64,000 nucleotides of DNA from the IMG/VR virus record IMGVR_UViG_3300044641_005618; one strand, written 5' to 3'. Below the pieces are notes generated by a model. The model saw only the letters and a list, made by a program, of their open reading frames with translations, did not search any database and had not been told where the DNA came from. This document shows, piece after piece, positions 46,433 through 55,106 of this stretch. A program made the position numbers and the translations under genes. The first letter of the stretch is position 1, and every line of letters begins with the position of its first letter. The DNA comes from a virus. Lineage: Duplodnaviria > Caudoviricetes.

Positions 46433-46682
46433 TCAGGATTCTGATAGGTTTTGTAGGCGTGCAAGCCTTCTGCACCTTTCCTCAAGAGAAACAATGTCAC
46501 CAGAGGGAACCATACGATGGGTACCATCACCGATAGGGTCAGCCCCATAGTCAGGGTCACCTGGCTTCCATGCGGTTATTGGTTTGGGGGGGGGGGGAGT
46601 AGAATCTGCCCATCGACTCCGCCATCATTCGCTTTTGCCCCTCGGCGGTTGAGTGGTCGTACTTTCCTGTGGTCTTTTTCAT
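46433..46682 (-). pseudogene. Gene out of frame at a C12 tract (46586-46597)
   Basis: MKKTTGKYD..GRFYS-C12-KPITAWKPGDPDYGADPIGDGTHRMVPSGDIVSLEERC; C11 or C14 restores frame; span 250 = 3n+1. Confidence 0.7.
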
Positions 46683-46734
46683 TCGACTATGTTGAAGAGT
46701 GTGTCAGGGTGTTTGCAGGTGTGCAAGCTTAATC

Positions 46735-47544
46735 TCAACCAAGGTGATCCTTCGGTGTCCCCCTTGAGGGAAGCTCCCCGAATAGAACAACGTACCAGTC
46801 TTTCAAACTTCCAAGGTTCTCGGAGAAGGAGTGCGGCGGCTCAACGCCACCACCTTTGCGAACCTGGCCAACCAATTGTCCGTCTCCTTTGTCCACAAAT
46901 CCTATTCGCTCGTAGGCTTTCTTGCGTTTGTCTCCTCTGCCGTCCTCGTCGTAGGCGTAACAATGAATGACATCACCGGGGCTAAGAGACTGCGTGAGGA
47001 GCCCAAACATACGTCTTACGGTGAGTGCCGCTTTGACTTTGTCGCGAGGGTCTTCTATACTCCCGTAGTCGTACTCCCCATTTACAAGAAAATCAACTTC
47101 CTTCGTGTTCCCCTTGAATTTTAGGGAAACTTCGTCAAAGTCGTTCAGTCTTCTCTTTAAGGAGACAAAAGTCTGGTTCGACACGACAACTGTGGACCCA
47201 TCGTCTAAGTTTCGTATGTTGTTGGCCTTGTCACGATTTAGGTTAAACCTCTTGATAGCAATATCTCGTCTTTCGGGCTCATCAACTAGCTTTTCGTTAA
47301 TCTGTTTGGCCCACCAGCGATCTTCGTACTCTTGTTCCTGTTTCTCCTCGTCGGACCTCTTCACCGCCCTGCGCAGGACTTCCTTCACCTGCTCTACGCC
47401 TTTACGGCACTTTCCCGATGTTCCGTACGCAGTGCCGTCTTTCCTCACACAACGTGCGAAGTCGAGCGTGTACCCCTCAGGTAAAAGTTGCGAGAGTTTT
47501 CGAAAACTTTCGTAAGAAAAAGAACTTTGCATGGAAGGGGGCAC
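46735..47544 (-). CDS. Protein with N-terminal DFxRC-xxDG-xxYGT-xGxCRKG module
   Basis: LDFARCVRKDGTAYGTSGKCRKGVE matches 21956-23176. Confidence 0.7.
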   Translation of the reverse strand: MPPSMQSSFSYESFRKLSQLLPEGYTLDFARCVRKDGTAYGTSGKCRKGVEQVKEVLRRAVKRSDEEKQEQEYEDRWWAKQINEKLVDEPERRDIAIKRFNLNRDKANNIRNLDDGSTVVVSNQTFVSLKRRLNDFDEVSLKFKGNTKEVDFLVNGEYDYGSIEDPRDKVKAALTVRRMFGLLTQSLSPGDVIHCYAYDEDGRGDKRKKAYERIGFVDKGDGQLVGQVRKGGGVEPPHSFSENLGSLKDWYVVLFGELPSRGTPKDHLG

Positions 47545-47583
47545 TCTTACAAATTTACCCTCTTACCTAGAAATCATCCGTAA

Positions 47584-47655
47584 AAGCTGTAGCAGGAATC
47601 GAACCTGCGACCCACTCCGTATGAAAGAGCTGTTCTACCGCTGAACTATACAGCC
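47584..47655 (-). tRNA. tRNA-CAT (elongator Met or Ile2)
   Basis: Cloverleaf; loop TTCATAC. Confidence 0.85.
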
Positions 47656-47902
47656 TTGTTCCCGCCGTGTGGCGGGGTTTTAAGCAAAGATTTATTGTAC
47701 CCTCAGCTAAGACTCGTAAACGCACTGAGCTGCTTCAGGAGCCAAATAGAGTGTACAATTCCACCCACGAACGCAACGCCAATGAGACCACTTACCCAAC
47801 CGACTCTGCGTTCGTGCCGCATTATTTTTTTCATCAGCAATCTCGCTGGCGATACGGGTTATTTCTGCCAGAGTGGGTGGGTCGAGGAGTGTCATTGTTT
47901 GC

Positions 47903-48226
47903 TCAACATTTAATCCTGGTGGTCGATGTACGATCTTCTCCGTGCGCCGTATGGTGCCCCGACTCTGGACACGTGGATTCACTCTGTGGCACCCCCCACT
48001 TGTAAGGAGGGCGCTCTACCGCTGAGCTAACCGAGTGTATATTTGGTGAGTGAAGCCTATTTAGGGCTTCTTGTTCTTTCGGACCACTAAAGGAAGGGTC
48101 AATCTCGTGGTAGAAAACCATACTCAAGTGGTTTTGGATCGTTTCAACTTGCGTCGGTGTGAGTGTGACCGGTTCGGCAAGCTCGAAGAATCCTTGAAGC
48201 CAGTAGCAAAAGTCGCGTGATTTCAC
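47903..48226 (-). CDS. WLQGF-family hypothetical protein (contains a tRNA-half copy)
   Basis: MKSRDFCYWLQGFFE. Confidence 0.7.
   Translation of the reverse strand: MKSRDFCYWLQGFFELAEPVTLTPTQVETIQNHLSMVFYHEIDPSFSGPKEQEALNRLHSPNIHSVSSAVERPPYKWGVPQSESTCPESGHHTAHGEDRTSTTRIKC
47995..48038 (-). repeat. 44-bp exact copy of the 5' half of tRNA-Val(TAC)
   Basis: Identical to 54953-54996. Confidence 0.9.
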
Positions 48227-48265
48227 TTTAATTAGGTGTTAGGGTGAGTTGTGTAAGGGATCAAA

Positions 48266-48529
48266 TCAGCAGCGGTAAATTTCACCGTTCGGGCCGGTGC
48301 CGCCAGGACGCCACGGGGTCGTACCTGTGAGTGTCTCTGTAACGGGGGTATTGGCCGTGTCAGACTTCACCTTGTTCAGGTTACCTTTGATGAGACTTAC
48401 TTGGTTTTCATTCAGTTCTACACCTGTGACACCAAGGATGAACCCCTGGAGCCAAGTTGAAAATTCGTCTTTGTTCATTTTGTATGAAAGATGTGAGTGA
48501 AGTAAAGAAGTTAGATTGAAGTGAGCCAC
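48266..48529 (-). CDS. WLQGF-family hypothetical protein
   Basis: MNKDEFSTWLQGF; start likely ATG near 48478. Confidence 0.65.
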   Translation of the reverse strand: MAHFNLTSLLHSHLSYKMNKDEFSTWLQGFILGVTGVELNENQVSLIKGNLNKVKSDTANTPVTETLTGTTPWRPGGTGPNGEIYRC

Positions 48530-49680
48530 CTCTCCCTCTCTTCGGACCTGAGAATGACTTGTTCGCCGTTTTTCACAGCCTCCTTTGCAATTTTGTAGAT
48601 AGCAATGGCGCGACGAAACACTTCAGCCGCATTCAGTCCAGTAATTTCCTGAATCTCGTGAAACTCTTGTGCGAGTTCGACGCTCATTCTTACCTCAAAG
48701 TGGTTGCATGGAGTTGTAGGGCTGAGCAAAGATTCTTGGTCATACAGGGGCCACTCCTCCCTTTCTGTTTTGTCTTCTTCGGTGCGAACAACATCTTGGA
48801 CAACTGAGAGAAGAATCTTGTGTCCGTCCAAGTCAGTGTTCTGGCTACCCTCGTGTCCCCCTGGAGTCCACAGCTTTCGTGTCTTGTCCATGAAAGTGTC
48901 AAGGACAATACCCTTTAGGCAGTCTGAGAGAAACTCTTTCAGGTTGCACAGTCTTTCTCCCTGGCTAAGGCTCGCTGCTGTTGCAATACTAAAGACAATA
49001 TCATCAACATTTAACGATGAAGCCGTCCTGTTGCCACTAAACAGCCCAGACAGTAATTGCTCTGTAAACAACGAGCCTGACCAGTCTAAGATATACTTGA
49101 TTTTGTGCAACTCGGGGAATTTTGCGGAAACTACCCAGGTTGGCCCATACCCGTTATTCCGGTCGTTGAAAGCCTTTTCAATTTTCTCAGACACCGCCCC
49201 AAGCTGTTCTAAACAGTCACGGTAAGTGTAAGACTTTGAATCTTGGTAGTTGTATAACGAGAAGCGGTTCAGGACCCCGTCTACAACGTCTTTGCGCATC
49301 ATCGTAAATTTCACTGGCCTATTGCCCCTGTGGCTGGAAACTTGAAGGCGGTCTTCGTGACAGGACTCGAAGAACTTATCAATGTCGAACTCTTCGCGCT
49401 TCACGGTGATGTCGTGGTAGCTATTCGCCCCAACTTCAAGCTCAACGAGGTTCTTTCGTAAGCCATCGAGGAGGTAGGGAAGGCTAATGCCAGAGGAGTT
49501 CTCTCCGCCACCGTAATCGTCGTACACGCTGGTGAACGGCACAAGACACGGTGTGTAAAGGCAGCTAGAATAGCAAAAGTCACCCTTATTTACATTTTCC
49601 TCAAGGATAAACACATAGACGGGTTGCCCAGCATGAATGTGAAGGTTGGATAGACCACAAGTTTTGTTCCAGCTGCCCAT
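48511..49680 (-). CDS. Hypothetical protein with C-terminal RHH-like domain
   Basis: MGSWNKTCGLSNL N-terminus; FEVRMS..AEVFRRAIAIY C-terminus. Confidence 0.7.
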   Translation of the reverse strand: MGSWNKTCGLSNLHIHAGQPVYVFILEENVNKGDFCYSSCLYTPCLVPFTSVYDDYGGGENSSGISLPYLLDGLRKNLVELEVGANSYHDITVKREEFDIDKFFESCHEDRLQVSSHRGNRPVKFTMMRKDVVDGVLNRFSLYNYQDSKSYTYRDCLEQLGAVSEKIEKAFNDRNNGYGPTWVVSAKFPELHKIKYILDWSGSLFTEQLLSGLFSGNRTASSLNVDDIVFSIATAASLSQGERLCNLKEFLSDCLKGIVLDTFMDKTRKLWTPGGHEGSQNTDLDGHKILLSVVQDVVRTEEDKTEREEWPLYDQESLLSPTTPCNHFEVRMSVELAQEFHEIQEITGLNAAEVFRRAIAIYKIAKEAVKNGEQVILRSEERERWLTSI

Positions 49681-49689
49681 TTTATTGTA

Positions 49690-50106
49690 TTAGCGAGATG
49701 TGAAGTTTCGGTGAAGCTGTGCGTCAGTCAACGTTTGTGTTACAGCTGGCCCCGTATAAACCTTGTGGGGGTTCCAGGGTTCGATACCAGGGTGCCTGTA
49801 AGGGTTATACGGAATGGGGATTTGAACCGGGGCTTGCGGCGACCACGGAGAGGGTACGAAGGGCGAAAGAGGGACTTTCTTCTCCCTGTCTCTTAAGTAC
49901 TCGTCGTAGACTCTGCGAAGTTCCTCCGATACTGTGTCGCTGGTGCGGGAGTCTGTGTCTGGGTTAAAATGAGAGAAAACTGTGTGGAGCTTTTCCTTTA
50001 AGGCAGAAAGCTGGTTGGATGTAAGTTCACTGCCAGCTCCATCTAAGAAGCCTTGAAGCCAGATGCAAAATGTTTCCGGGGTTGTCTTCGGTTGTGTGTC
50101 TGTCAT
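49690..50106 (-). CDS. WLQGF-family hypothetical protein
   Basis: TPETFCIWLQGFLD. Confidence 0.7.
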   Translation of the reverse strand: MTDTQPKTTPETFCIWLQGFLDGAGSELTSNQLSALKEKLHTVFSHFNPDTDSRTSDTVSEELRRVYDEYLRDREKKVPLSPFVPSPWSPQAPVQIPIPYNPYRHPGIEPWNPHKVYTGPAVTQTLTDAQLHRNFTSR

Positions 50107-50133
50107 GGCTACTCGTCTAGGTTCTCACAAGGG

Positions 50134-50553
50134 TCATAGGGGGTTGGGCACGCCTCGGATTGTATCAAGGTGCCACCATAGAGATTTCCCAGGCTTATCA
50201 CTTATTTCCGGGAACAACGCGATAAGGGCACTCCCTTCTTCCTGAGTTATAACCTCTGCACGCCGAAAGCCGTTCCCCCGAAAAAGATTACCATCCGAGT
50301 CCACGATGTCGTGTCTAAGGCTGGTGTACTGAGTGAGAGGGTTACGGTAAATGCCCACACAGAACTGATCACAGGGGTCGCCGTCGTCGTACTTGGTGGC
50401 GAGGACGTAGTCCCCCTTTTGTAAGGGTGGTAGTTCTGCAGTCAAAACCCAAAGGGGTGTGTTTAGAACTTGTTGAACTACGGTATTTTTTCCTTCGATA
50501 ATCTCTTGGACTTTTACGAGACTCGTAGGGGTGTCATTAGGGTCAACGACCAT
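50134..50553 (-). CDS. Hypothetical protein
   Basis: GDYVLATKYDDGDP.DQFCVG..FRGNGFRR motif. Confidence 0.7.
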   Translation of the reverse strand: MVVDPNDTPTSLVKVQEIIEGKNTVVQQVLNTPLWVLTAELPPLQKGDYVLATKYDDGDPCDQFCVGIYRNPLTQYTSLRHDIVDSDGNLFRGNGFRRAEVITQEEGSALIALFPEISDKPGKSLWWHLDTIRGVPNPL

Positions 50554-50588
50554 ATTCTATTTCGTTGCGAGGGGATTGTTCACTTAAG

Positions 50589-50831
50589 TTACCGATGAGC
50601 AACAACAACGTAGTCTTTGAGCCGAGACTCCGGGATCGCTTTGGGATCCCCATTCGCAAAAAACATACGCTGGGCTGCCAGGTAGCCCCCAGTGTGCAAA
50701 TGCGGTGTTACAAGGAACACCTGATAAAGATTACCGTCCCGTGTGTTCCGGAAAATACGGTTTTCGTCACTACGTGGAGCTTTATCGAAGACAAATCCCT
50801 GGTCAACGAGTTGTTTCAGTGTTGTTTTCAT
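50589..50831 (-). CDS. Hypothetical protein
   Basis: ORF track; promoter at 50881. Confidence 0.6.
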   Translation of the reverse strand: MKTTLKQLVDQGFVFDKAPRSDENRIFRNTRDGNLYQVFLVTPHLHTGGYLAAQRMFFANGDPKAIPESRLKDYVVVAHR

Positions 50832-50880
50832 ACAGGGCTTCAGTGGTTTTTATGAGTTGGGTGGTGCTTTCCCTGGAGCA

Positions 50881-50947
50881 ACTATAGCGTTTTCCTTCTG
50901 GAAAACAAACGGGGAAACCGCCCCAGGGCAAGGGGTGGAAACCGCCC
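50881..50947 (-). promoter_or_regulatory. Composite promoter copy with two upstream boxes
   Basis: ttttcc-ttct-ggaaaa dyad; boxes at 50913 and 50937. Confidence 0.8.
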
Positions 50948-51237
50948 TAAAGCAAGATTTTCGACGGCGAAATGCGCACCAGGTCGTTCTGATAGTTTGA
51001 CTCAAGCCGCAGCCAAAAGCCCGCCGTGTGCCCGAGGACGTTTGCAAGAGCCTCAGCCGTAGCCCCCGTGATCGCTGTGCGCCCATTTAAAAGGTCATCA
51101 ACGCCTTCGGCACTGAAATCCAGCCGCTGGGCCAGCTCGGCGCGGGTCCAGCCGAGTTCCTCAAGGACCACCCCGATCAATTCACCGGGTGGTGATGCCC
51201 AATCGGCGTTAAATGTGTCAGTGGTTGGCTCAGACAA
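50947..51237 (-). CDS. HigA-family antitoxin-like HTH protein
   Basis: SPPGELI..WTRAELAQRL..AITGATAEALANVLGHTAGFWLRLESNY. Confidence 0.85.
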   Translation of the reverse strand: MSEPTTDTFNADWASPPGELIGVVLEELGWTRAELAQRLDFSAEGVDDLLNGRTAITGATAEALANVLGHTAGFWLRLESNYQNDLVRISPSKILL

Positions 51238-51247
51238 GGGTAGTCAC

Positions 51248-51982
51248 CTACTTGACTGCAAGAATATCTAACTCTCTGTTAAAGGGGTTAATGCCATTGG
51301 CATAAACGGATACGCAGCCGAGTGTCTCGCCAAGGGGCTGAACTCTGTATGAAACTTGCCACAGATCGTCGCCCCAGACTACCTGGTGGACGGTGATGGC
51401 CTTATTGTTGCGAAGAGTCAAGATATCTCCGGGCTTAACTACGTGGTTTCCAATGGTTAAGGGTGTGGCGGGAGTAGTTTTAACGGGCGCAGACTCCACA
51501 ACCCTTGTAAGAAGGGTGAACTCCTCATCGGTAAACTGGTCACGTACTCCTTTTAGCAGCGCCAGCGCACGCTCGTTAGGCGTGAGCTCTGGCTTCGGAC
51601 GCCAGCTGGGTGTGTGAAGCCATGGCAATAAATCGGGCCTGTCTCCGTCAGTCTTGAGTGCTCCGCAGTGGTTTGAAGCAACGGACGTCCAGTGGGTGTT
51701 TCTCCAGTACCCGTACTCAAGAATCTGCACCTGCCCCTTATAAAGGTCCCCATCTGCCTCAGTCGGAGGCCTGTCCCGAATGCCATCCGTTGGCATTTGA
51801 TGCCTCAGTTCTTCAACAGCCTTGGCTGCTCCCCATTGGGCCCAGAAGGCTGCGGACTGAATCGTATTGCGATGTGTGTTATTTGCAATGTAGTCAACAT
51901 ACTCCGCTGGAGGGGTGATGCTGTTGGGGTCAAACATGGTTCGCTTGGGGGGTGGGGTTTCAGGTTTTCGGTCAAGCTGCAA
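51248..51982 (-). CDS. Mosaic hypothetical protein
   Basis: ORF track. Confidence 0.6.
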   Translation of the reverse strand: MQLDRKPETPPPKRTMFDPNSITPPAEYVDYIANNTHRNTIQSAAFWAQWGAAKAVEELRHQMPTDGIRDRPPTEADGDLYKGQVQILEYGYWRNTHWTSVASNHCGALKTDGDRPDLLPWLHTPSWRPKPELTPNERALALLKGVRDQFTDEEFTLLTRVVESAPVKTTPATPLTIGNHVVKPGDILTLRNNKAITVHQVVWGDDLWQVSYRVQPLGETLGCVSVYANGINPFNRELDILAVK

Positions 51983-52211
51983 CTAAGTATCCGTATGCCT
52001 CTTCCGTTTCTTTGTTATAGTGAATTTCCTCAGTCAGCTTGGCTAGTCTGTTGGATACGCAAAAGGATGTAGCTGCACGGACAGCGTCGGAGGATCCCAC
52101 AAGGGTGTAGGCGTCGCCACTGCGAAAGAACTACTCAACCCTTGAGCCGCACCCCTTAAGGATTTGGGCTTCGATCTCGCGAGCGACGGGAGGAAGAGTG
52201 GCTGGGGTCAT
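51972..52211 (-). pseudogene. Small gene with in-frame TAG at 52131-52133
   Basis: MTPATLPPVAREIEAQILKGCGSRVE*FFRSGDAYTLVG..YGYLVAA*; directly below promoter. Confidence 0.6.
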
Positions 52212-52232
52212 GGGCGGGGCTTCAATGAAGTA

Positions 52233-52298
52233 ACTATACCGTTTCTGCGCTGCAGAAACAAGGGTGGAAACCGTCGGTTTAGGTTCGGTAAACCGCCC
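52233..52298 (-). promoter_or_regulatory. Composite promoter copy (reference example)
   Basis: -10 TATAGT 52238-52233; -35 TTGTTT 52261-52256; 17-bp spacer with dyad; boxes at 52266 and 52288. Confidence 0.85.
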
Positions 52299-52326
52299 AC
52301 TTTAGTGTAACCTTGCGACAGGGACC

Positions 52327-52566
52327 TCAGTCGTGCTCGGCCAAAGTCACCTCCGGCTCATTTTGTACGCCGTAGAAAACATTACCTTTTACAACTTCCC
52401 TGTGTGCTTCAAACTCCCATACGCTTACACTCTTCCCCTCATCGCCATCTATTTTACAGATAAAGGGTACCTCTAACGCTTTGTCTACGGCGTCCTCTCT
52501 GTCTACGGCGTCCACAATCATATGGACGCTCATTGTACAGGGGAGAATGACTTCGAACTTAGGCAT
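52327..52566 (-). CDS. Hypothetical protein
   Basis: ORF track. Confidence 0.6.
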   Translation of the reverse strand: MPKFEVILPCTMSVHMIVDAVDREDAVDKALEVPFICKIDGDEGKSVSVWEFEAHREVVKGNVFYGVQNEPEVTLAEHD

Positions 52567-52602
52567 GGGTTGAGTTAGAATGAAACGAGTGTGTTGTTTA
52601 GG

Positions 52603-52902
52603 CTACTCAGCGATACTGACGCTGGTGAGGGGTCCGCAAGTCGGGGTTGAGCAAACCCGGCACATCCAAGACGCGGTGTAATGCTGCAACTCAGTCAACT
52701 TGCTGAACATATCATCTCGGTCAAGCTGGGCTTGCTTCCAGGCACACTCTGAGTGAAAGTCCCTAGCGTCACAGGTGGTGACTGCCAGAGCCTCGCAGGC
52801 CCAGTTAATCGCCCGGTACGCAGCCTGGTACTCGTCGGCTAGCTCTTTAGCTCCAGTGCCGGAGCCTTCTGAGTGGGCCGTGGGCAGTTCGAATTTAAAC
52901 AG
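52603..52902 (-). CDS. Hypothetical protein lacking a canonical start (CTG start or +1 from GTG ACC C)
   Basis: 100-codon open frame LFKFELPTAHSEGSGTGAKELADEYQAAY.. translated by hand. Confidence 0.5.
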   Translation of the reverse strand: MFKFELPTAHSEGSGTGAKELADEYQAAYRAINWACEALAVTTCDARDFHSECAWKQAQLDRDDMFSKLTELQHYTASWMCRVCSTPTCGPLTSVSIAE

Positions 52903-53134
52903 GGGTCACGCAGTTAGGGGTTTTAAGGCACCAGTTGAACCTATTAAACCTGTCAATTTCGGCGGGTAAGTCGTGTATTGCTCTCATTACCAGAGCGTGT
53001 TTCCTTATGAAATCAGGGCAAACACGCGGATAGTTGGCTACCACCTTTTCAACTGCAGCTGTCCCATGATAGTCTAACCAAGACTGACTTTCTTTTAGTA
53101 GTCTAGTCCTTGTTTTCTCAGAAATCGGTACCAT
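52895..53134 (-). CDS. Hypothetical protein
   Basis: ORF track. Confidence 0.5.
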   Translation of the reverse strand: MVPISEKTRTRLLKESQSWLDYHGTAAVEKVVANYPRVCPDFIRKHALVMRAIHDLPAEIDRFNRFNWCLKTPNCVTPV

Positions 53135-53446
53135 GCGCCAATGCAGTGAGTTGGGGTGTGGGGCTTGGGTAGCGTGACATTCTACTTAGTGCGGTGGGTT
53201 TTCAAGTGAGCCACGGTGAAAGAGTCAATCAAATCAGCCTGCGTTGAAACTTGCGCAGATAACGCCTTGCGGCAATCCAGGAGCAGCGCTGCCAATCAAT
53301 TCTACCTTAACCATGTCGGGATTCTAACATCCACTCCCGAACGGTGTGGCGGGGATGAAATCTTGGGTTTGGGGTTTCCACGTTGTTAATCGGTTTTAGT
53401 TTAAGGGTAGCTTTGACGGGCTACCCTGGAAGCCTTAAGCGTCGTG

Positions 53447-53893
53447 TCAGATGCAAGTTTGAGAGAGGATGTCAAGATTGGCATCGACCCACTCTTTCCC
53501 GTTGCTATAAACCTCGTCCGTAACCCCAATCGCAATATAGTCAGGGTGGTACACTTTCGTGTCACCTTCAAGGGTCTCAAGGGTGATCTCGAAGCCTAGC
53601 GGCACTTGGACAATTTTGGCCAGAGCCTTGCGCCGATACACTCCCGAATTCGGCACAGTCTCTTCCCAGCTATCTGCAAAGATGTCAATCTTGCAAGGGT
53701 ACGAATCGGTGCCATCGAGTGGTGTGAGTACGTAGTCCACTCCTTGTACCGCTTCTAATTCTCCCCAAGGAAAAGAGAAAACCTCCCTACCGGACGTCTC
53801 ACGTTTTTGCACCAAAGTTTTTCGACGGGCAAGGGTCGGGGCACCGAACTGAGCTTCAACTTGGGAACCAGTTGAGAAAGTTAGTTGTTTCAT
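53447..53893 (-). CDS. Hypothetical protein
   Basis: GVDYVL..DSYPCKIDIFADSWE motif. Confidence 0.65.
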   Translation of the reverse strand: MKQLTFSTGSQVEAQFGAPTLARRKTLVQKRETSGREVFSFPWGELEAVQGVDYVLTPLDGTDSYPCKIDIFADSWEETVPNSGVYRRKALAKIVQVPLGFEITLETLEGDTKVYHPDYIAIGVTDEVYSNGKEWVDANLDILSQTCI

Positions 53894-53940
53894 TGTATTC
53901 TGGGAGTAGAGAGATGGCGTTGGATTCCCTTTGAGGGGAA

Positions 53941-54014
53941 AGTTCCAGGTCGGAGTCGAACCGACGAAATACGGACTTTGCAGGCCCGCGCCTTAACCAC
54001 TTGGCGACTGGAAC
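53941..54014 (-). tRNA. tRNA-Cys(GCA)
   Basis: Cloverleaf; loop CTGCAAA; U73. Confidence 0.92.
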
Positions 54015-54256
54015 GTGCTTCGGGGTTGTTTCCCCCTGGTTCAACCTTAGCGGGTTTACGGGGGAGGTAACCCGTCTAAACCTCAAGGCTCCGTGAGCAA
54101 TTGCTCTATCTGAGCAAGGATTGACTCCGTGTAACCGGCGATGAAGCCGTAGGCTTGTTTGGTTCCCATCTGACCGGACAGTGCCTTGGACCGGGCTTCC
54201 TTCTCCGACTGAATGAGTCGGAGGATTTGTTGCTTGGTGGTTTCTTCCATGCACTT

Positions 54257-54321
54257 ACTATACCGTTTCTGCGGGGTAGAAACAAGCCGGGGAACCGGCC
54301 AAGGCTGGGCGGTTAACCGCC
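54257..54321 (-). promoter_or_regulatory. Composite promoter copy with two upstream boxes
   Basis: plus: actataccgtttctgcggggtagaaacaag..ggggaacc..gcggttaaccgcc. Confidence 0.8.
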
Positions 54322-54376
54322 TTCAACCGAACGGGAAATTACAAACTCTTTCAGCTTCTGCAGGACTCCTATGGCG

Positions 54377-54760
54377 TTAAATCTGTGAAAAGACCAAGGC
54401 CAAGTAAGTGAGTTGGTGAAGAAGCTGGTCAATGCCGATGAGCACCCAGAACTCCTTGTTGGTTGGTGAGAGCCTTAGGGTTCGAGCAAGATTTTGCTTT
54501 AGCCAGTCAATGTGATAATGTAGCACACCGTCAATCAACCCTAAGAAGATAGACTCAGGAGGGAAGAAGGGAAGGAACACGAGCATTGTTGCAAGTGCGT
54601 GCTTCGCCGAGTGCTGTATTCCATTGGGATGGAGGTAGGTGCCCTTGTGCTTCACCTCGTCGTCTGTTTGCAACAACCAGTCCACAACAAAGTGCTTGAC
54701 AAGGAGCAAAGTCACAAGGAGCAAGGCTCGTGAGGGATCCATACAAATACTCGCACTCAA
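54377..54760 (-). CDS. DUF3307-like membrane protein
   Basis: KHFVVDWLLQT..H..HYHID..GIDQLLH. Confidence 0.8.
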   Translation of the reverse strand: MSASICMDPSRALLLVTLLLVKHFVVDWLLQTDDEVKHKGTYLHPNGIQHSAKHALATMLVFLPFFPPESIFLGLIDGVLHYHIDWLKQNLARTLRLSPTNKEFWVLIGIDQLLHQLTYLALVFSQI

Positions 54761-54765
54761 AGAAA

Positions 54766-54836
54766 AGCCCCCAGCGAGAGTTGAACTCGCGTCTCCTCCT
54801 TACCAAAGAGGCACTCTGCCACTGAGCTATAGGGGC
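54766..54836 (-). tRNA. tRNA-Thr(GGT)
   Basis: Cloverleaf; loop TTGGTAA. Confidence 0.92.
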
Positions 54837-54922
54837 TTGCCGTGGATTTAAGTCCAGGGGGTTGGTATGGTGGCTTCATACCTGGGATGCGAAGGAGCGA
54901 TCTTTTCAAGGAAGGCTCCAAA

Positions 54923-54994
54923 TACTCGGTGCCGGGATTGAACCGGCGACATCCCACTTGTAAGGAGGGCGCTCTACCGCTGAGCTAACCGAGT
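54923..54994 (-). tRNA. tRNA-Val(TAC)
   Basis: Cloverleaf; loop CTTACAA. Confidence 0.9.
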
Positions 54995-55106
54995 GTTTAT
55001 TTGGAAGATCTTCATGAAGAAGTCTCAGGGAGTCAAGGTGGTCACCACCTCTAAGGGTGTGGGACTCTAAGTGTTTTACGTTAGTGAAACCTGTGCCCTA
55101 TCGCTT

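Noticed and set aside
53140-53440. Another stop-interrupted gene
   Set aside because: All three minus frames contain stops and none reads unambiguously as protein.
47995-54996. Integrated element bounded by attL/attR in tRNA-Val
   Set aside because: The duplicated part is the 5' half lying downstream of the intact gene, no integrase lies between, and the interval carries the same promoters as the rest of the genome.
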